A stretch of DNA of 64,000 nt. Origin: Balanoglossus misakiensis (taxonomy: Eukaryota > Animalia > Hemichordata). The notes under the pieces were generated by a model. That model was not told the DNA's origin. It saw only the letters and a program-made list of their open reading frames with translations, and ran no database searches. Position 1 is the stretch's first letter. Every line of letters begins with the position of its first letter. Positions 13,248 through 26,700 of this stretch are shown here, piece by piece. The DNA lies in NCBI GenBank assembly GCA_040954595.2, contig CM082578.2, forward strand, positions 6,867,519 to 6,931,518, in the 5' to 3' direction. Both the position numbers and the translations under genes were made by a program.

Positions 13248-16200
13248 TGTGTTTGCGATTCGCAATCTAAAAGTGTGTGTGTGTGTCTCCATCAATACCC
13301 GTTACCATGTAGTAGTACTTTCAAATCTGCCGAGAGACATTACAGTATGAGAGTATGAGTTCACATGTCAATTGAATAAATACACGAAGTGAAGCTTGAT
13401 AACCTCTTGATAAAACTGACTTTACCTCGTACTTTGCTTTGTGGGACGTATGCATTCACTTGCCTGCAGGGGAAAATTCCACCTGGGATATTTTACTTTA
13501 ATATTTCATTATCAATTCCGTGACTATTTAGTGCAGATAACTAAGCGTTTTATTATCCGATTCAGAGAAACTTATCTCTACATATGTTAAGCTTCCTTTG
13601 ACACTTTATATGTACTGCAATCTAAAATCATAGCTGCAGTGATATATGGCATTCATGTACTGTCCAGTCGGCGTTATATGTTCCACTTTGACGGTTGTTT
13701 GTATTCAGCGTCATATGCTGTAAATGTGGAGATCCATAAGTATATTGTCTGATTCGTGAATGCACATGTTTTGACAACCTGATGAGATATTACAGTTCTC
13801 AGCAACAATCTATCGGTGATTGTCTATTATTATCCTTGACCGCTAAGTCGTTTAGATACTGTTTATAGTAGCACGCGTGAGATACGTTTCACGGAATTGC
13901 CGTCGTCCGTGCCTGATGCGAAGGGCGTAAACAACTCCGGCAATGGAAACATTATCGTTCTACATGTTTCATTCATCCATCTAATCACAACGCCGAACTC
14001 TTCTTTGTGCTAAGATTTGTCGTTTTCAACTGGTTTCAGATAAGGTGTCTTACAGCATATAGCCACCACCTTCAAATGATGCTTATTTTATCCTGTATAC
14101 GTTTGGATGACAAAGTAATCTCGTTTACTCCATCGTTATATACATATCCTGATGATGTTTTGTCAATAACAAAACTGTGATGACAAGCAGACAGCTTCTA
14201 ATCTCTCCCGGCGAAGATTTCTGCACGAATAAACTATTCAAAAAGGTTTATTTTGGAAAATACGTACCATTCTCATCATCGGTGTACTCAATTTGGAGCC
14301 ACTTTCATCAACTGAGCCCCTAAAACCGGAACAGTCATTCTGCCGATAGCATTCATTAACCGGATTGTAATGAAAACGAATTGTATCCTTGAGGCGCGTA
14401 AATTGCGAAGAAAACTCTAAAACGGGCGCCGTTAGTTCTGGACCCATTTGCATGTGCCGAACTTCGCGTTGTTTGCGATCCGCGAGTACTCTGTGTATAG
14501 AACTATATATCTGCAGTTTCTTGCGTCGTTTTGTTTCTCGAAACCAGTAATACTCAAACAGTTCAATAATAACAAATGATAGCGATGATAGCGAGGGCTA
14601 TACTTAAATAATAACACATGATAGCAAGGCAGGGTACATGTAATATCATGATTTGTAGTCTGCACGAGGGATGGTGATCTCTGACCAAACTATTATGGTC
14701 AGGGAGCACCAGCCCAATCTGGTTGTTACGACTTTTTAGAATCTCGTTATTACATTTTTTTTATCCTCGTAATTATGACTATTTGAAAACTCGTTACGAG
14801 CTTTAGATTCTCGGAAATACGACGTTTTGAAATGTCATATTGGGATTTTATTATATATTTGTGAAAAAGACTGTGGTCATCTTCATCTTGGGATCTTCAT
14901 TTTCTCGACTGATTCCCTATAATATAAGGTTATGGAAGAGGCAGCTATAGACACGAGACTTTAACACTGTAGAAGGCGCGGATACCCAATGATACGGTTT
15001 TTAAATGAAAGTAGGTGTTTGGCATAGAGTATCGCCCGACGCGTAGCAGAGGGCGATGTGCGACGACCGTGACGCTAATGACGGAGTGCTTGCAGCGCCG
15101 GATTTTCGTAGAAACCTTATTATTATAATCTTATGTATCTGACATATTGCATCGGCATGTTCACAAAGTTTTCCAGTCGTTTTCTAATTAATGATAGTGC
15201 AATAACCTACACCCCAAGCGAAGTACTTTGCATTAGGGTGGCGCTTGGGTCATGCCATTACGTGGTAAACAGCCTATAAACTTTTACCCACCTTCGTTAT
15301 TTTTGACAATTCAATTATAATCCGGACTTATTAGTAAACCCAAATAACAACACGGTACATCGCCAGATTTAAAAACAAATGTTGTATTTTCGATTCTAAA
15401 AGCTTCCACTTTTTAAAATCTTAATTTGCATTATGCGTTTTGGAGTTTTATAGTAAATTAACGCTTCCTTTCCAAAGCGACAGTATGTATAAAGCATCCT
15501 TCCACAGTGCTTTTATGTCCCCATAGTTATTTCAAATTCGAATCACATGAATCAGTGAACAATTCAGCTCCGTGGCCGTCGAGGGTGGCACAATTTAAAT
15601 GGCAATTTCCCTCTCATTGTCAAATACGTGTTTGAGGTCGACGATACAGAAGTGCAGAGGGCGGGAATAATTGAATTGAGGTCAGTGCGATTAACGCCCA
15701 TGTTTCGCGTACTATACTGTCAATGAACGGTGAAGCTGTTTTGGTGACCTATATTTTAAAAGGAGATCAGCTGCAACGTTTGAAGATTTATCTCACTACG
15801 TTGGTCTGTTCATCACTTAGTACATCTATAGTGCCTCTAGTTCAAACATGTTTAAATTAAATGCCAAACAAATGTATTCAACTCGTCATCAACGTAAGTA
15901 TACGTGAAAACTTTTAAGCGCGACGCTATTATTGACACTTGAACTACACTACAAATATACACGAATCAAGTTGGAGAAAAAGTACATTCAAAGTAAACGT
16001 ATAAACAGCTAAAGCAGTTTCTAGCATTTTTAGTTATGAAGTAAAATGTAGCACGCAAGTGTGAAATATGTTTTGCATTAATAATTTTAAAAAATATTCT
16101 TAGTGGTAATACTTGTTTATTAAGTAAAATACTGTAAGCTCAAAACCTTACTCTTGTAAATCAACTTTACAGAAGTTTTTTAAATAATATAACACCCACA

Positions 16201-16484
16201 ATGCTACGTGTGATTGCATGCCATGTACCATTTGATACAATCCTTGTTGTTATCTAACCCAAAACACAAAACTTCGACGTCTTTTTTACTTTAACCCAAA
16301 ACACGGTGATCATCGCAATAGGTTATTTGGGCAACTACCTCTCGTCGATTAGTTCATAGTTGGCGGGAAATAATTTTCGAGCACAGCGAGGTGATTATTT
16401 CACCCAAATATGCCAATTTTCACTTTTAGGTCTTATATCCGCATCAAACACCCGATGAGTGCACCGTTTATAATCTCATTATAA

Positions 16485-16556
16485 TAGGATAGGATCGGAT
16501 AAATATTTTATATAGCGCCTATAGGATCCACCGGCAGTGTTCAATGGAGCTTTACA
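16485..16556 (-). mobile_element. Very short L2-like LINE/SINE 3' tail
   Basis: Minus strand reads TGTAAAGCTCCATTGAACACT...GGCGCTATATAAAA then (ATCCT)n-like repeats; resembles the tail at 49757-49810. Confidence 0.55.
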
Positions 16557-16795
16557 CTGAATGGATCACAAGTAAGCTCTGATGATGAAATAACTCTTAA
16601 GCTTTGATCTGAATGCTCCAAAGAAATGATGTACAATAATTATGAGAAGGATATGCCACCATACGATGTTAACGTCATTCGAGGAACCAACTACCAGCTC
16701 AAATTTGTTCAACTTCTGACATTGGCACATTCAGATCAAAGCTTAAGACTTGCTTCATCGTCAGAGCTTACTTGTGATCCATTCAGTGTAAAGCT
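16548..16795. repeat. Inverted repeat with about 68-bp arms and about 110-bp spacer
   Basis: AGCTTTACACTGAATGGATCACAAGTAAGCTCTGA...TTTGATCTGAATG and its reverse complement at about 16728-16795. Confidence 0.9.
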
Positions 16796-19700
16796 GGGTT
16801 TTGAACTGTAGTATGAAAGTCTGGGAGTCAGAGAAGTTCTTTTAGGATCGGTGTAATGTGACCCCCTTTGTTCTTGAGATGAGGCGGGTAGCAGGGGTTT
16901 GGACTGTTTGTTGGAATTTGATTCTGATAAACCGTAAGGGTATAGGTGTAGTCTAGAAAGGGTCGAGTACACGCGATTCTGACACGTTTGTTGAGAGAGA
17001 TATTACCCGATGAATCCAATGCGACGGATGAACAGATATATGCTCTGGCAGGTCTGAATTAGGTCACAGTATTTCTTGAAGCCATGGCTCTACTGGCAAA
17101 CGGGAATCCAACGGAGAAAAAGCAATACACCACTGTTAGCGTATAGTGTTAACGTCGTGATCTTCAAAAGTGCGCCCCATGCGCAGATGTTAAATGCCGC
17201 ATTCGTTAAAATGTATAGGTAAAGTATCGTCATCTATCAGCAGAGATAATAATCATCTTGAAGTAAATCGATCCACTTTTACACGAGAGCATGATATATC
17301 ACATTCGCCTGATCTGTTTTGCGGACGCTCGTATGTAATTTCTTCCAACTAACCGAGTGTCTTGCCTTGCATCTCCTTCGTCTTGAAATCAGATAGCGAA
17401 AAGAAAATCAGCCGCTTTTATAAAATAGCATTTAACTATAAATCGTTACGGAAATTAGAGATCTTAAGTGGGCCACGTGACGCTGCAATTTATTGTCGGC
17501 GCATGGAAGCCCCGTAGCAAGGTGTAGTTATGCGCCAAGCGTTTTGATATTATATTTAACTAAAGTTGTTTGGTGTCATAAATGGTTAAAAATTTAAAGG
17601 GACAAAGTCGTTCTGTTTTGGCCCTCTGTGGTGAACATTGTTTCATACAAAAAGTTGTGTATGCTGTTTGACTTCTCGAAACATGCTTAAAGCCACAGTA
17701 TTTCTCAATTTCGCATAAAAGTAAATGATAATTGATACTGAATTAAATAGTTATCATGCCCAGCTCTGTTCATAAACACATACCATTTACAATATAACGA
17801 TTGAAGAATGGCTTTCTGTCCGGACATAAAGTCTAATGGTGGTGGTGGTTGGGGGAGGGGGGAGGGACTTTGTCTAGAAATATTCCTCCGCGTAAAAACC
17901 GATTCGATACTAGTCTTTGAGAAATTATCATTTCCTTTTGTGATCGCTGGCTACAGAATGTGATAAAAAAAGGAAACGTATGTACGGTACAGATACAGTA
18001 CGATACGGTACTGATCTGGTACACTTGCATGTACATTTTGTACATGCTAAACCGTATTGCACGGTTCGAGATGGTACGGTACGGTACGTTACTGATATAG
18101 AACATGCTGAACCTTTAAAACGTTTTTTTTTTGTAGCTCACGAAAAGGCAAAAGAGTGTGTCCTTACTCCGGGAATCCTCAGAGAATTAATTTGATTGAC
18201 TTTCATTTCTTCAAGCGGTCTTGCAATTAGGATTAATTGACGTCTATAAAGGTACGACCGGATATAGCTTCTTGCCTGAAGTCCCCGGAGATTTCTTGAG
18301 CTGAATTTCTAAATCTTAGAACTCACGGTGGACAGGATCATCTAAGAACGCCAACAGGCAGACGTGGAAGCATGACAAAGTGTATCCATGTGTAAAATGA
18401 AAGTATTTAAAGTCACAAGTGTCCGACTTGCATGTTTTCTCATACCTTACGTCAGCAAAGAACGTTCGCGGTGTCAAAGGTTTATGTAACACCTGGAGAG
18501 TTATCAAGCATCTGGCGTGAATGCACTGACAAACTGTGATGTGTCACGGCGTCACATCAAAGTCTTTGAAGCACATGTAGGCGACATCAACGGAGAGGAA
18601 GCGCGGTATAGGCCTAATCGGTATGTTTTTCATCAGTTAAACGCATCATTGTTCGACCAGGCAGGACAGAAATCGCCCAGAGGATGCCTACGTTTTGAAA
18701 AAAATCTTCCTTCCGGATCACACAGTTCTCAGACTGGTGAAAAGGAAACTTCGCGTTTAAAATGTCCGATTCACTCCCAGCACTGCCAACATAACAGATG
18801 ATCATGCGAACGAAATTGAAATGAAATTGAAATGTGACCATTAAGCTTACAGCCAGAAAAGGGGCTGGCCTACGCAGGAGAAACCTGTCTTTCCCTTTAT
18901 TGTCAACATACAAGAGCACGGCAAGATAAATAACTGACGAAGCAGTCAGCAAACGTTACCAAACATTTCAGCATCCGAAAGATATTTTGCTCTTATAACA
19001 AAACATTATAGAGGCCTAGAAACAACAGCGTTACAAAATAATTAGAACTCCAAGTTACATGTACATAAAATGGGCCGCGTGTAGCCGACGTTGATACTCT
19101 GATTTGTTCAAGATGTTCTAGCGGACATTCGGGGAGATTGGGAAGGCCCCTCCAAAGGTCGGAACCTTTCCGCCGTACGGCCTCGGGCGCTAAAATATGT
19201 ATTGGGGCATTAACGATTGTCACTAGTATACCTGGATTCACACAAAGCGCCCTCACACCCGTTCACTCGCCTGCTTGGTTGCCCAAATAAGGTCATCGGT
19301 GCGCACATGTGAAATACTCTGGTATAGTATTTCTTTCGTTCACGTCGCATTGGATAATTCTAACCTAGCTAGGCGTCTGACTGGCAGCCACCCTAATTGG
19401 TGCGCCCAGTCAGACCCCCTAGCTAAGTTAGCTGCAATCACTATGCTGAGAATGGTCACATTGCTACCAGCTAATGTTCCATTAGTAAACCATGGCACAT
19501 CTTTCCTGTTTGATGCTGACTCGAAATAAGCAAGAAAGTGAATTTTTAATGGTTAGAGTACGCTGGTCGGTTTCATAGAACATTTTCTATAGCAGTGTTT
19601 CTAGGAAGTGTTCCAAAAGCATGAAAACGTCACAATATTGTATATAAATAATGGAAAATTAGTTTTGTATTGTTAATGACATTCCATATTGTGAAAAAAA

Positions 19701-20529
19701 TTGAAAACATGTATTTCTAAGAAACACAAAGCATATTCACCATTATTGTATAGAATTTTCGAGCTTCCATGAAAAACTGAGAAAAAAAGACAATTAAACA
19801 CTCTCCTGTCAACACAGTTTCAAAGACAGTTATCATAACAGGTTTTAAGCGTTTTTCAACTCTGGCGAGTTGTCACCATTAAAAACCATGGAAAGAGATA
19901 AGTGATTTTTCGGAATTGTGACTGAAATACCACCATGGCATGCGAATTTCCCCAAAGAACTTTGATTAATAGCACGGATTACGCTAATGGGTTGCCTTAT
20001 CAGGGGACTGGGAAGTTATACCAGGTTAACAGGGTAAAATCCGAAACTATTTGCCTATGGCAAACACAGAATATTAATCATTTGAGTCGCCTTGTGTCCA
20101 CACACACACGTTTATGTGTGAGCGCTGAGGCTCCCTCCCCCCCCCCCCCCCCCCCCAGGCAATGGGTTGCTGAGATGTGTTACAGGTCTGGCCAGTAAAG
20201 TCGTCTCAAATCGGAGACGTTTCAGGACCACTTAAACCGTTCACACACAATAATTTACGCCAGTATTTGATCTGAGACGTTTCAGAAGCGTCTTAATGGT
20301 CCATGTGTGACCCCCATATTAGTCAGCATTGCCAGAGATACAGTGGCGGTGTCACTTCATACATACGATAGCTTGGGGGATTTTTCCCGCATGTCATAAG
20401 TTTGATTAGTCCTGTTTCAAAATGACCTACATTACACGTCCTATGCACATGTATTGCATGTTCTGATTGGTTTATCCGCTTCTCTAAGGTCCACTTGTGG
20501 CACGCTGATTGGAGGGACCTTATGTGTTA

Positions 20530-20760
20530 GGTCTTATTACTATGCATTATTCACCAGACCTTGTAGGTTAGGTCTTATTACTATGTATTATTCACTTTAC
20601 AGCTCCCTGATTGGTTATTGTGTAGGTCTGGTCCTCCAGTGTTCACTGCCTCATTATGCAGGACCTTGTAGGTTAGGTCTTATTAATATGTATTTATTCA
20701 CCATACAGCTCCCTGATTGGTTAACGTGTAGGTCTGGTCCTCCAGTGTTCACTGCCTCAG
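20530..20760. repeat. Local tandem duplication (about 107 bp x2 plus a partial copy)
   Basis: GACCTTGTAGGTTAGGTCTTATTA...CTCCAGTGTTCACTGCCTCA occurs twice. Confidence 0.85.
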
Positions 20761-22247
20761 CATGGAGCCTTTTTGTGTTTTCGTACGAGTCACGTCTCAT
20801 GTTGACGTAGTTGAACAAAAGATTGGATTTTTCTCCAAATAACATTCCCTCCGCGGCAGTGGCGAATCGTGACGTTTTAGTTGTCGAGTCAACTCCAATC
20901 GGAATTAAGCCGAAATTTCCACCAATGATGCATTAAAGTAGCATTTCCTGGGAGATGTCGTAATCGTTTTTTCAGAACTCAGTCAAAATAAAGCATACGG
21001 GTTTGCAGTATTTCTAAAGGCGCACACAGCACCAGTTGATGTCAACGCTATTTTAAAGTAGGCCTATTATCGCCTGCAGACTGATTTCTGTTTATGGTGA
21101 GATCGTCCGGGAGTAACAGTGGGTACTCGTTCTCAATTTAAAAAAGAGTGATCTATACATTTTCTATTCGCGTCTCCCAAGAAAATTCCCACAAGAAAAT
21201 ACAGATCAGTGACTATTTTCCATGGTGACCGAAACAGGGGCACGTAGGTCATGTGATTAAAAAAATGCTATACAGGATTTAAATGTTTCTCAAGGTATCT
21301 CTGAAAAATACCAAAGGTAATCAATATTTACTTAAAATAAAAATAAAACTCGAGAAGGCACCATTAATCGGACATAAATGCACACAGCTGTCTGGCAAAC
21401 ACACGAAACTTTGCCGCTGCACTCAGTTAGATGTAGATCTTAACCTGGAAATTTGCTGCACCATTTGCGAACACATTTGGTTAGCAGTTTTGTGTCATGT
21501 ACAACTGAGAATACTAAATTGAGAAAGATATTCCCATGCAGGTGGCACTTGCACTGATTCCACCCAAATAAAAGTCTGAACATAATTGGAGTTAAAAACT
21601 TAGAAACTCCTCAGTAATCGCATGAAATTAAAATGTGTAAATATGGAATGGTATTTCCTGTATGCAGGCAACATAATTTTCCCGCCAAGATTGTTGCAGT
21701 AAACGCGTGCTGTAGCGAGTGATGGATCAGAAAAAGAAATCGAAGAAACTTACCTGCACAGACATAGCAACCCTACACGGATGCTCACCGGAGCATTTAC
21801 AAATAATGGCTTCGCGCATGATCAAGTTCAGAATTCAATTACAACCATCATCATCATCGTCGTCGTCGTCAGCCGCCCGACGTGCATTGTGATTGGCGCT
21901 AAAACATCGTCGAAGGTATTATAAATTAGCCGCCATGGCGCGACGAGTGGATGGATCGAGCAATCTAGATATTTTGCGAGATCGCCGGTTCGGTTTTACT
22001 TCGCACCTGAAGAGACAGAATCTCCTCAGAGTAGCGGTTGACGGCTTGTCCTGAAGGAAAGGAAGCAATTAAATACATGTGATGGAAATTGAAATGGCAA
22101 CCTTTTAGGGTAGAATCTCGGTCCATTATGGCTATTACAAACACACGGCTACTCATTTCAGTCCATGTTTTGTTGCATTAAGCAAGCGTTTGATGGACTT
22201 TTAAGTTTATACTAATAACCGACTATGAGTATGACCCCGCGCCATTT

Positions 22248-22497
22248 AGGATGTACGTTCAGCAAAATTGAAAGTTGTCATTTCTTTTAATTGTGATTGT
22301 TTTGGATTCTCCTTTGTATGTATAATGAAAATCCGTAATAAAATATAGGGGTCGCCGCGCTTGTTTTTTGAAATCATACAGAGCCATGAATTTAGTCGAT
22401 AATAGAAAAAAAACTGTTGACTCAGCATTTTTCACGATGGGTTTGTCTATGGGGAAACTATTTAGCGAAGTGTTTCTCAAAATAGAGCGCGGTGACC
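22248..22497. mobile_element. Interspersed repeat of about 250 bp (second copy at 42428-42672)
   Basis: Collinear similarity AGGATGTACGTTC...AAAATATAGGGGTC.CCGCGCTTG...GAGCGCGGTGACC. Confidence 0.8.
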
Positions 22498-22679
22498 GAT
22501 TTTGTACTTGCGGTGGTGATCAGGTAAAATGGCCGCTGTAACTTTACTGACAAATGTTGTCTTATATCAAATATAAGTTGCTTTACTTCGTAGTGGCGTT
22601 CATGGACATTGCGACATTAACACTAGGAACTTAATAGTCTATAGCAAACAAAAAAATGAAGTAGGCCGTTAAGGTAAAT

Positions 22680-23750
22680 CAGTTGGACCCGATTTGCTTT
22701 TGGGGGAATCTTTTTTTAATCCACCACTCGTTTCCCGCCATCTATATAATTTATTCAATAGATGATTTGAGCATATTTCCAAAAGAATGGTCCAAGGCAA
22801 TCGTTATTCCTGTTAATAAAAATGGTTCGACCGATTCCCTGAAAATTACGGAGGAGTATTTTTAGCATAAGAGCAATCAATAAATTAGGTAACGGTAAAT
22901 CAGTTGGGTTCGATTTGCTTTTGTCGGGAATTTTGAAACCCACCACTCATTCCCTTGTATATACATTGTATATCTAAATATTTAATTCAATAAACGTTTT
23001 GACTTAAGCGCATTCCCAAAAGAATGGTCCAGGGCAATAAATTATTCCTATATTTATAAAAGCGGTTTAACCGATTCCCCTGAAAATTATTTCAGCAATG
23101 CATTTACGTCTATATTGAATGAATACTCGTCTCACGCATTGAGCCGATGCGTTGGTTGCTGAATCACAAGCATCGATAGTCTACCGTCATTTATAACACT
23201 TTCGTTTTACGATCTGTCATCCAGAGCTTTTTATCGAGAAAACATTTCATGATGCTTTTATTGGCTTTTCCAGAGTGTTCAATACGGTAGAGCGTCAGAG
23301 ATTGTGGTGTGTGCTGCGAAAGCGTTGAATCAATGGCAAAAACGTTCAAAATGTTAAATGTCATAGCCGCGCCATATCCTGCGTGAGAACTGATCAACAA
23401 ATATACAGGTTATTTCAATGTGTCCTGAGGGGTCCGACAGCGATGACGTACGCTTATAACCCATTCTTATGTCACCTTTTCATCAACGAGTTGACTCGTG
23501 GACAGCATATGGATACAAATCTCCCCAGACTCAGTCCAAATTTTACGCCTACTGCGGATGACGTTGTACTTCTTTCATATATATTTTTTTTCAGTTTACA
23601 AAGCCTTTAAAATTGTTTAAAATATTTATTGCAGAAATTGGAAACTGACTGTAAAATTTGACAAGGCCAAATCATAGTGTTGCGGTATTCAAATCCGGAC
23701 GTTATCTCGCAAAAATGGAAAAAAAGGCATTTGTTGTCAATGGAGAGAAA
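22680..23750 (+). pseudogene. Heavily decayed LINE reverse-transcriptase fragment with an internal duplication
   Basis: FPKEWSKAIVIPVNKNG (present twice, at about 22775 and 23010) and ADDVVLLS RT-like motifs; multiple stops and frameshifts. Confidence 0.65.
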
Positions 23751-26700
23751 GACGACATTATATTACAGATACCTATAGGCGTCTGTAGGTTGCAGTGGTT
23801 AATGACAACAATTATCTCTGGCACGACAAGTGAGATAAGTACTAATGAGCATGCGCAGATCGAGCGTGAGGGTCACTTCACCTTGATATTTTAAAAAGAC
23901 ATTTGACGCCATGGTTTTACTGTAACTTCAGTGTAGGGATGTGCATACCCGGTAATATGATTTATATTTAGGAAGAAAGCAATAATTTGTTCATGTATTT
24001 ACAGCTTGTATGATGTTTTTAAGGGGTTTCTTGTAATGATATATGTAGTCTTATACAGCCACAGATACCGCTTGAATTAAAACTGACAATTATTTTTTTC
24101 TGTAAAGAAAAAAAGTACTAAGATATGTCCAGGAAAATTAAAAACACACTCAAGAGGTTGTCAACCAGATACGCAACCAGGTTTAATGCTGTCGGCAGTC
24201 ATTGCTGGGGCTTTTCTGTGCAGCACTTTTCTGAAAGGAATAAATGTGCAAATTGGCCATTTAAGCAATTTTTAGACAAATTGACAGTTTATAATCGGCG
24301 AAGACCAGGTGTTTGCACTGAGGATATACATTCGTGCGCGAGGGTTTTAAACCAAATTGCACCGGTCCGCTACTAATTTTATACTAAATGCTTGCCATGA
24401 TAGGTTCCGACCAAATATAATGAATTGAAAGAGGGTACTTTAATGTGATGATAGCAATGTAACGAACTCACTTTGGTGTTGTCAGCCGATAGGAAATTAA
24501 TAACTGGACAATTCTGGTTCGGCTATTTGAGTGGAATTGCCAGGAATGCAATTAATTTCAAGTAAATAGTGTTCTATATGATGATACACTTTGCACTTTT
24601 GGGGTTATTTCAAGAATAACTGCGCTTGATATGTGTTAGCCTACTTCTGAGAAGTACAGTATGGAGTAGCTATAGTATATGGAACACCATTGACTGTATG
24701 CGTTGTTTATATTAAACAACATGTACACATGTATACAGATTTAGAGTTAAAACCTTTCGATCCACAAAGATATGTTGCTGCAATATTCACCCCCACCCCC
24801 TGTATTTACAGATTGGGTTACATGAAAGCGAAAAATGTTGAAATGGCAGAATAAATCGCTTCTTACGTTAAAACGAGACCTGGTGATTTGTTTCGTTTCA
24901 TTTAATTATAAGTAATAAATCAGGCCTAAAAATCAGTGCAGTGTGAATTAATGAGACATCCTCCTAAAAGATGCAACTTGTGATCGCGTCTATATGCCAT
25001 GGGATTGACACAAGGGTATATATATACATTTGAAATGGTATCCGTGTAGTCTTTTGTCTTGGTTAGGGTTAGGGTTCTACTTTCGTAAACGTACTGTAAT
25101 GTGTGATGAACTGAAGTCTAGAAACGCTGAAGAAACTTACCTGAGGTAGAGATGTAACAACTGTTAATGGGGTTAACCGGAAATCAGGGCTCCCCAAGTC
25201 GTGATGTGCTTGCGGCTATACGTGGAGCTACAGCACAAACTACATAAAAACAAGACTGCCAACACGAAAAGAAAGCGTCGCGATTGACCCGGTTCAGTTT
25301 AAATTGGAGTAACAGCGTACACCTCCAGGACTGGCGTTAAACAATGCAGAGAGCATTGGGGATGGGCCACTACGGTCCTCTGGATGTTTATCAAGTACAT
25401 GTAGATCAAAGACTCAAAATGTTATGCGACCGATTGATTTGTCTCAGGAAGATAGCGGCTGACGCCAGTCAAAAGGTTAGACGAAGAGGGTAAACCTGAG
25501 ATCGTGGAAATTAAGATGCAACCTTTCAATGGCAGAAGCCTATACATGTAGTCCCTTATGCCATTACAAAGATTTGTTGTCTCTATTTTAAAAATTAAGT
25601 AATTTAAATGTCATGAAAATGGTGTTTTTGAGTTTAGTTAGTAGAAAATAAAGCGAAAACGAGAGCGTACTTTTTGAGATAGATGAGTACGGAGAGACAC
25701 CAAAAGTATCGGCATCTTCATTCGGCAAACCTTCGGGATCGATCGGCATATTTATATTTATTCTGTCTGCTGATGAGTCAGTTTACAATGTATTTACTGT
25801 ACTAAGCAGTGTTACTTTCTTATTAACCAAGCAAATGTATGCAAATCGTATATGCGGCGTATATGACCTACATGTTTGTTTGTTTGTTTGTTTGCTTTGT
25901 AATAAACCAAAATTTTCTGTTACTCGGACCTGTTGTAAGTCTCTGTCTACGGAAGGTTAACAATCTGCCGGTTACCCCTCTCAGTCTGCGAATATGTGAT
26001 TGAATTGAGAAGGTGGAGAGATTTTAAAACGCACATCTTGGAAAAAAATATATACTAGTAGATTTCCTTCACGTTCTACCGTCATACAAAATAATTGGTG
26101 ATTTTTCGGATGAAATTAGAAACGTTATCGGCAGTCATTGACAATTCATACAGCCGTTGTTGCCGGAGTATTCTACAGGGCACATGCAAATACGCCAAAA
26201 TGGGACGTTTATATGAGCGATGAGCAGGTGTTTGCATCGAGGATAGACGCCCGGGCACGACGCCAGAGCAAATTCGCTCCTAATAGAGCATTGTATGGCC
26301 GATTGCCCAGGAAGCATCGGCCTATAGCTACTATTGGAAGTTATCAATAAAGTCTGCCATCGGTTTCACCAGGACAAATTGAATCCATAGAACGTACTTC
26401 ACTAACAATGCGATACTCCTTCAAAGGCCAGAAATAGCTACTACTTTTAAAATCATTATTATTATGAATCGTTATGCATTTGTCAATGAAATAACAGCAC
26501 AACAATTTACTTTTATACCCTGTTACCGAGGCAGACGATGTTTTGTTTTCTGACAAAATTATTGCATTTTTACATTGCCCCCCCCCCCCCACCTCTCTCC
26601 TCGGTTAGAGGTTCATTATGTTCATCGACAATATTGATCTCAAATTGATAGAAACGAAGTTATTCAACAAACGCGAAACTTTCAGTTATGATTTTCCCAC

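Noticed and set aside
14148-14190. Other CTGATGA-containing hammerhead or snoRNA candidates (also about 12117, 13780, 16580, 25769)
   Set aside because: They lack a correctly placed GAAA and closing stems.
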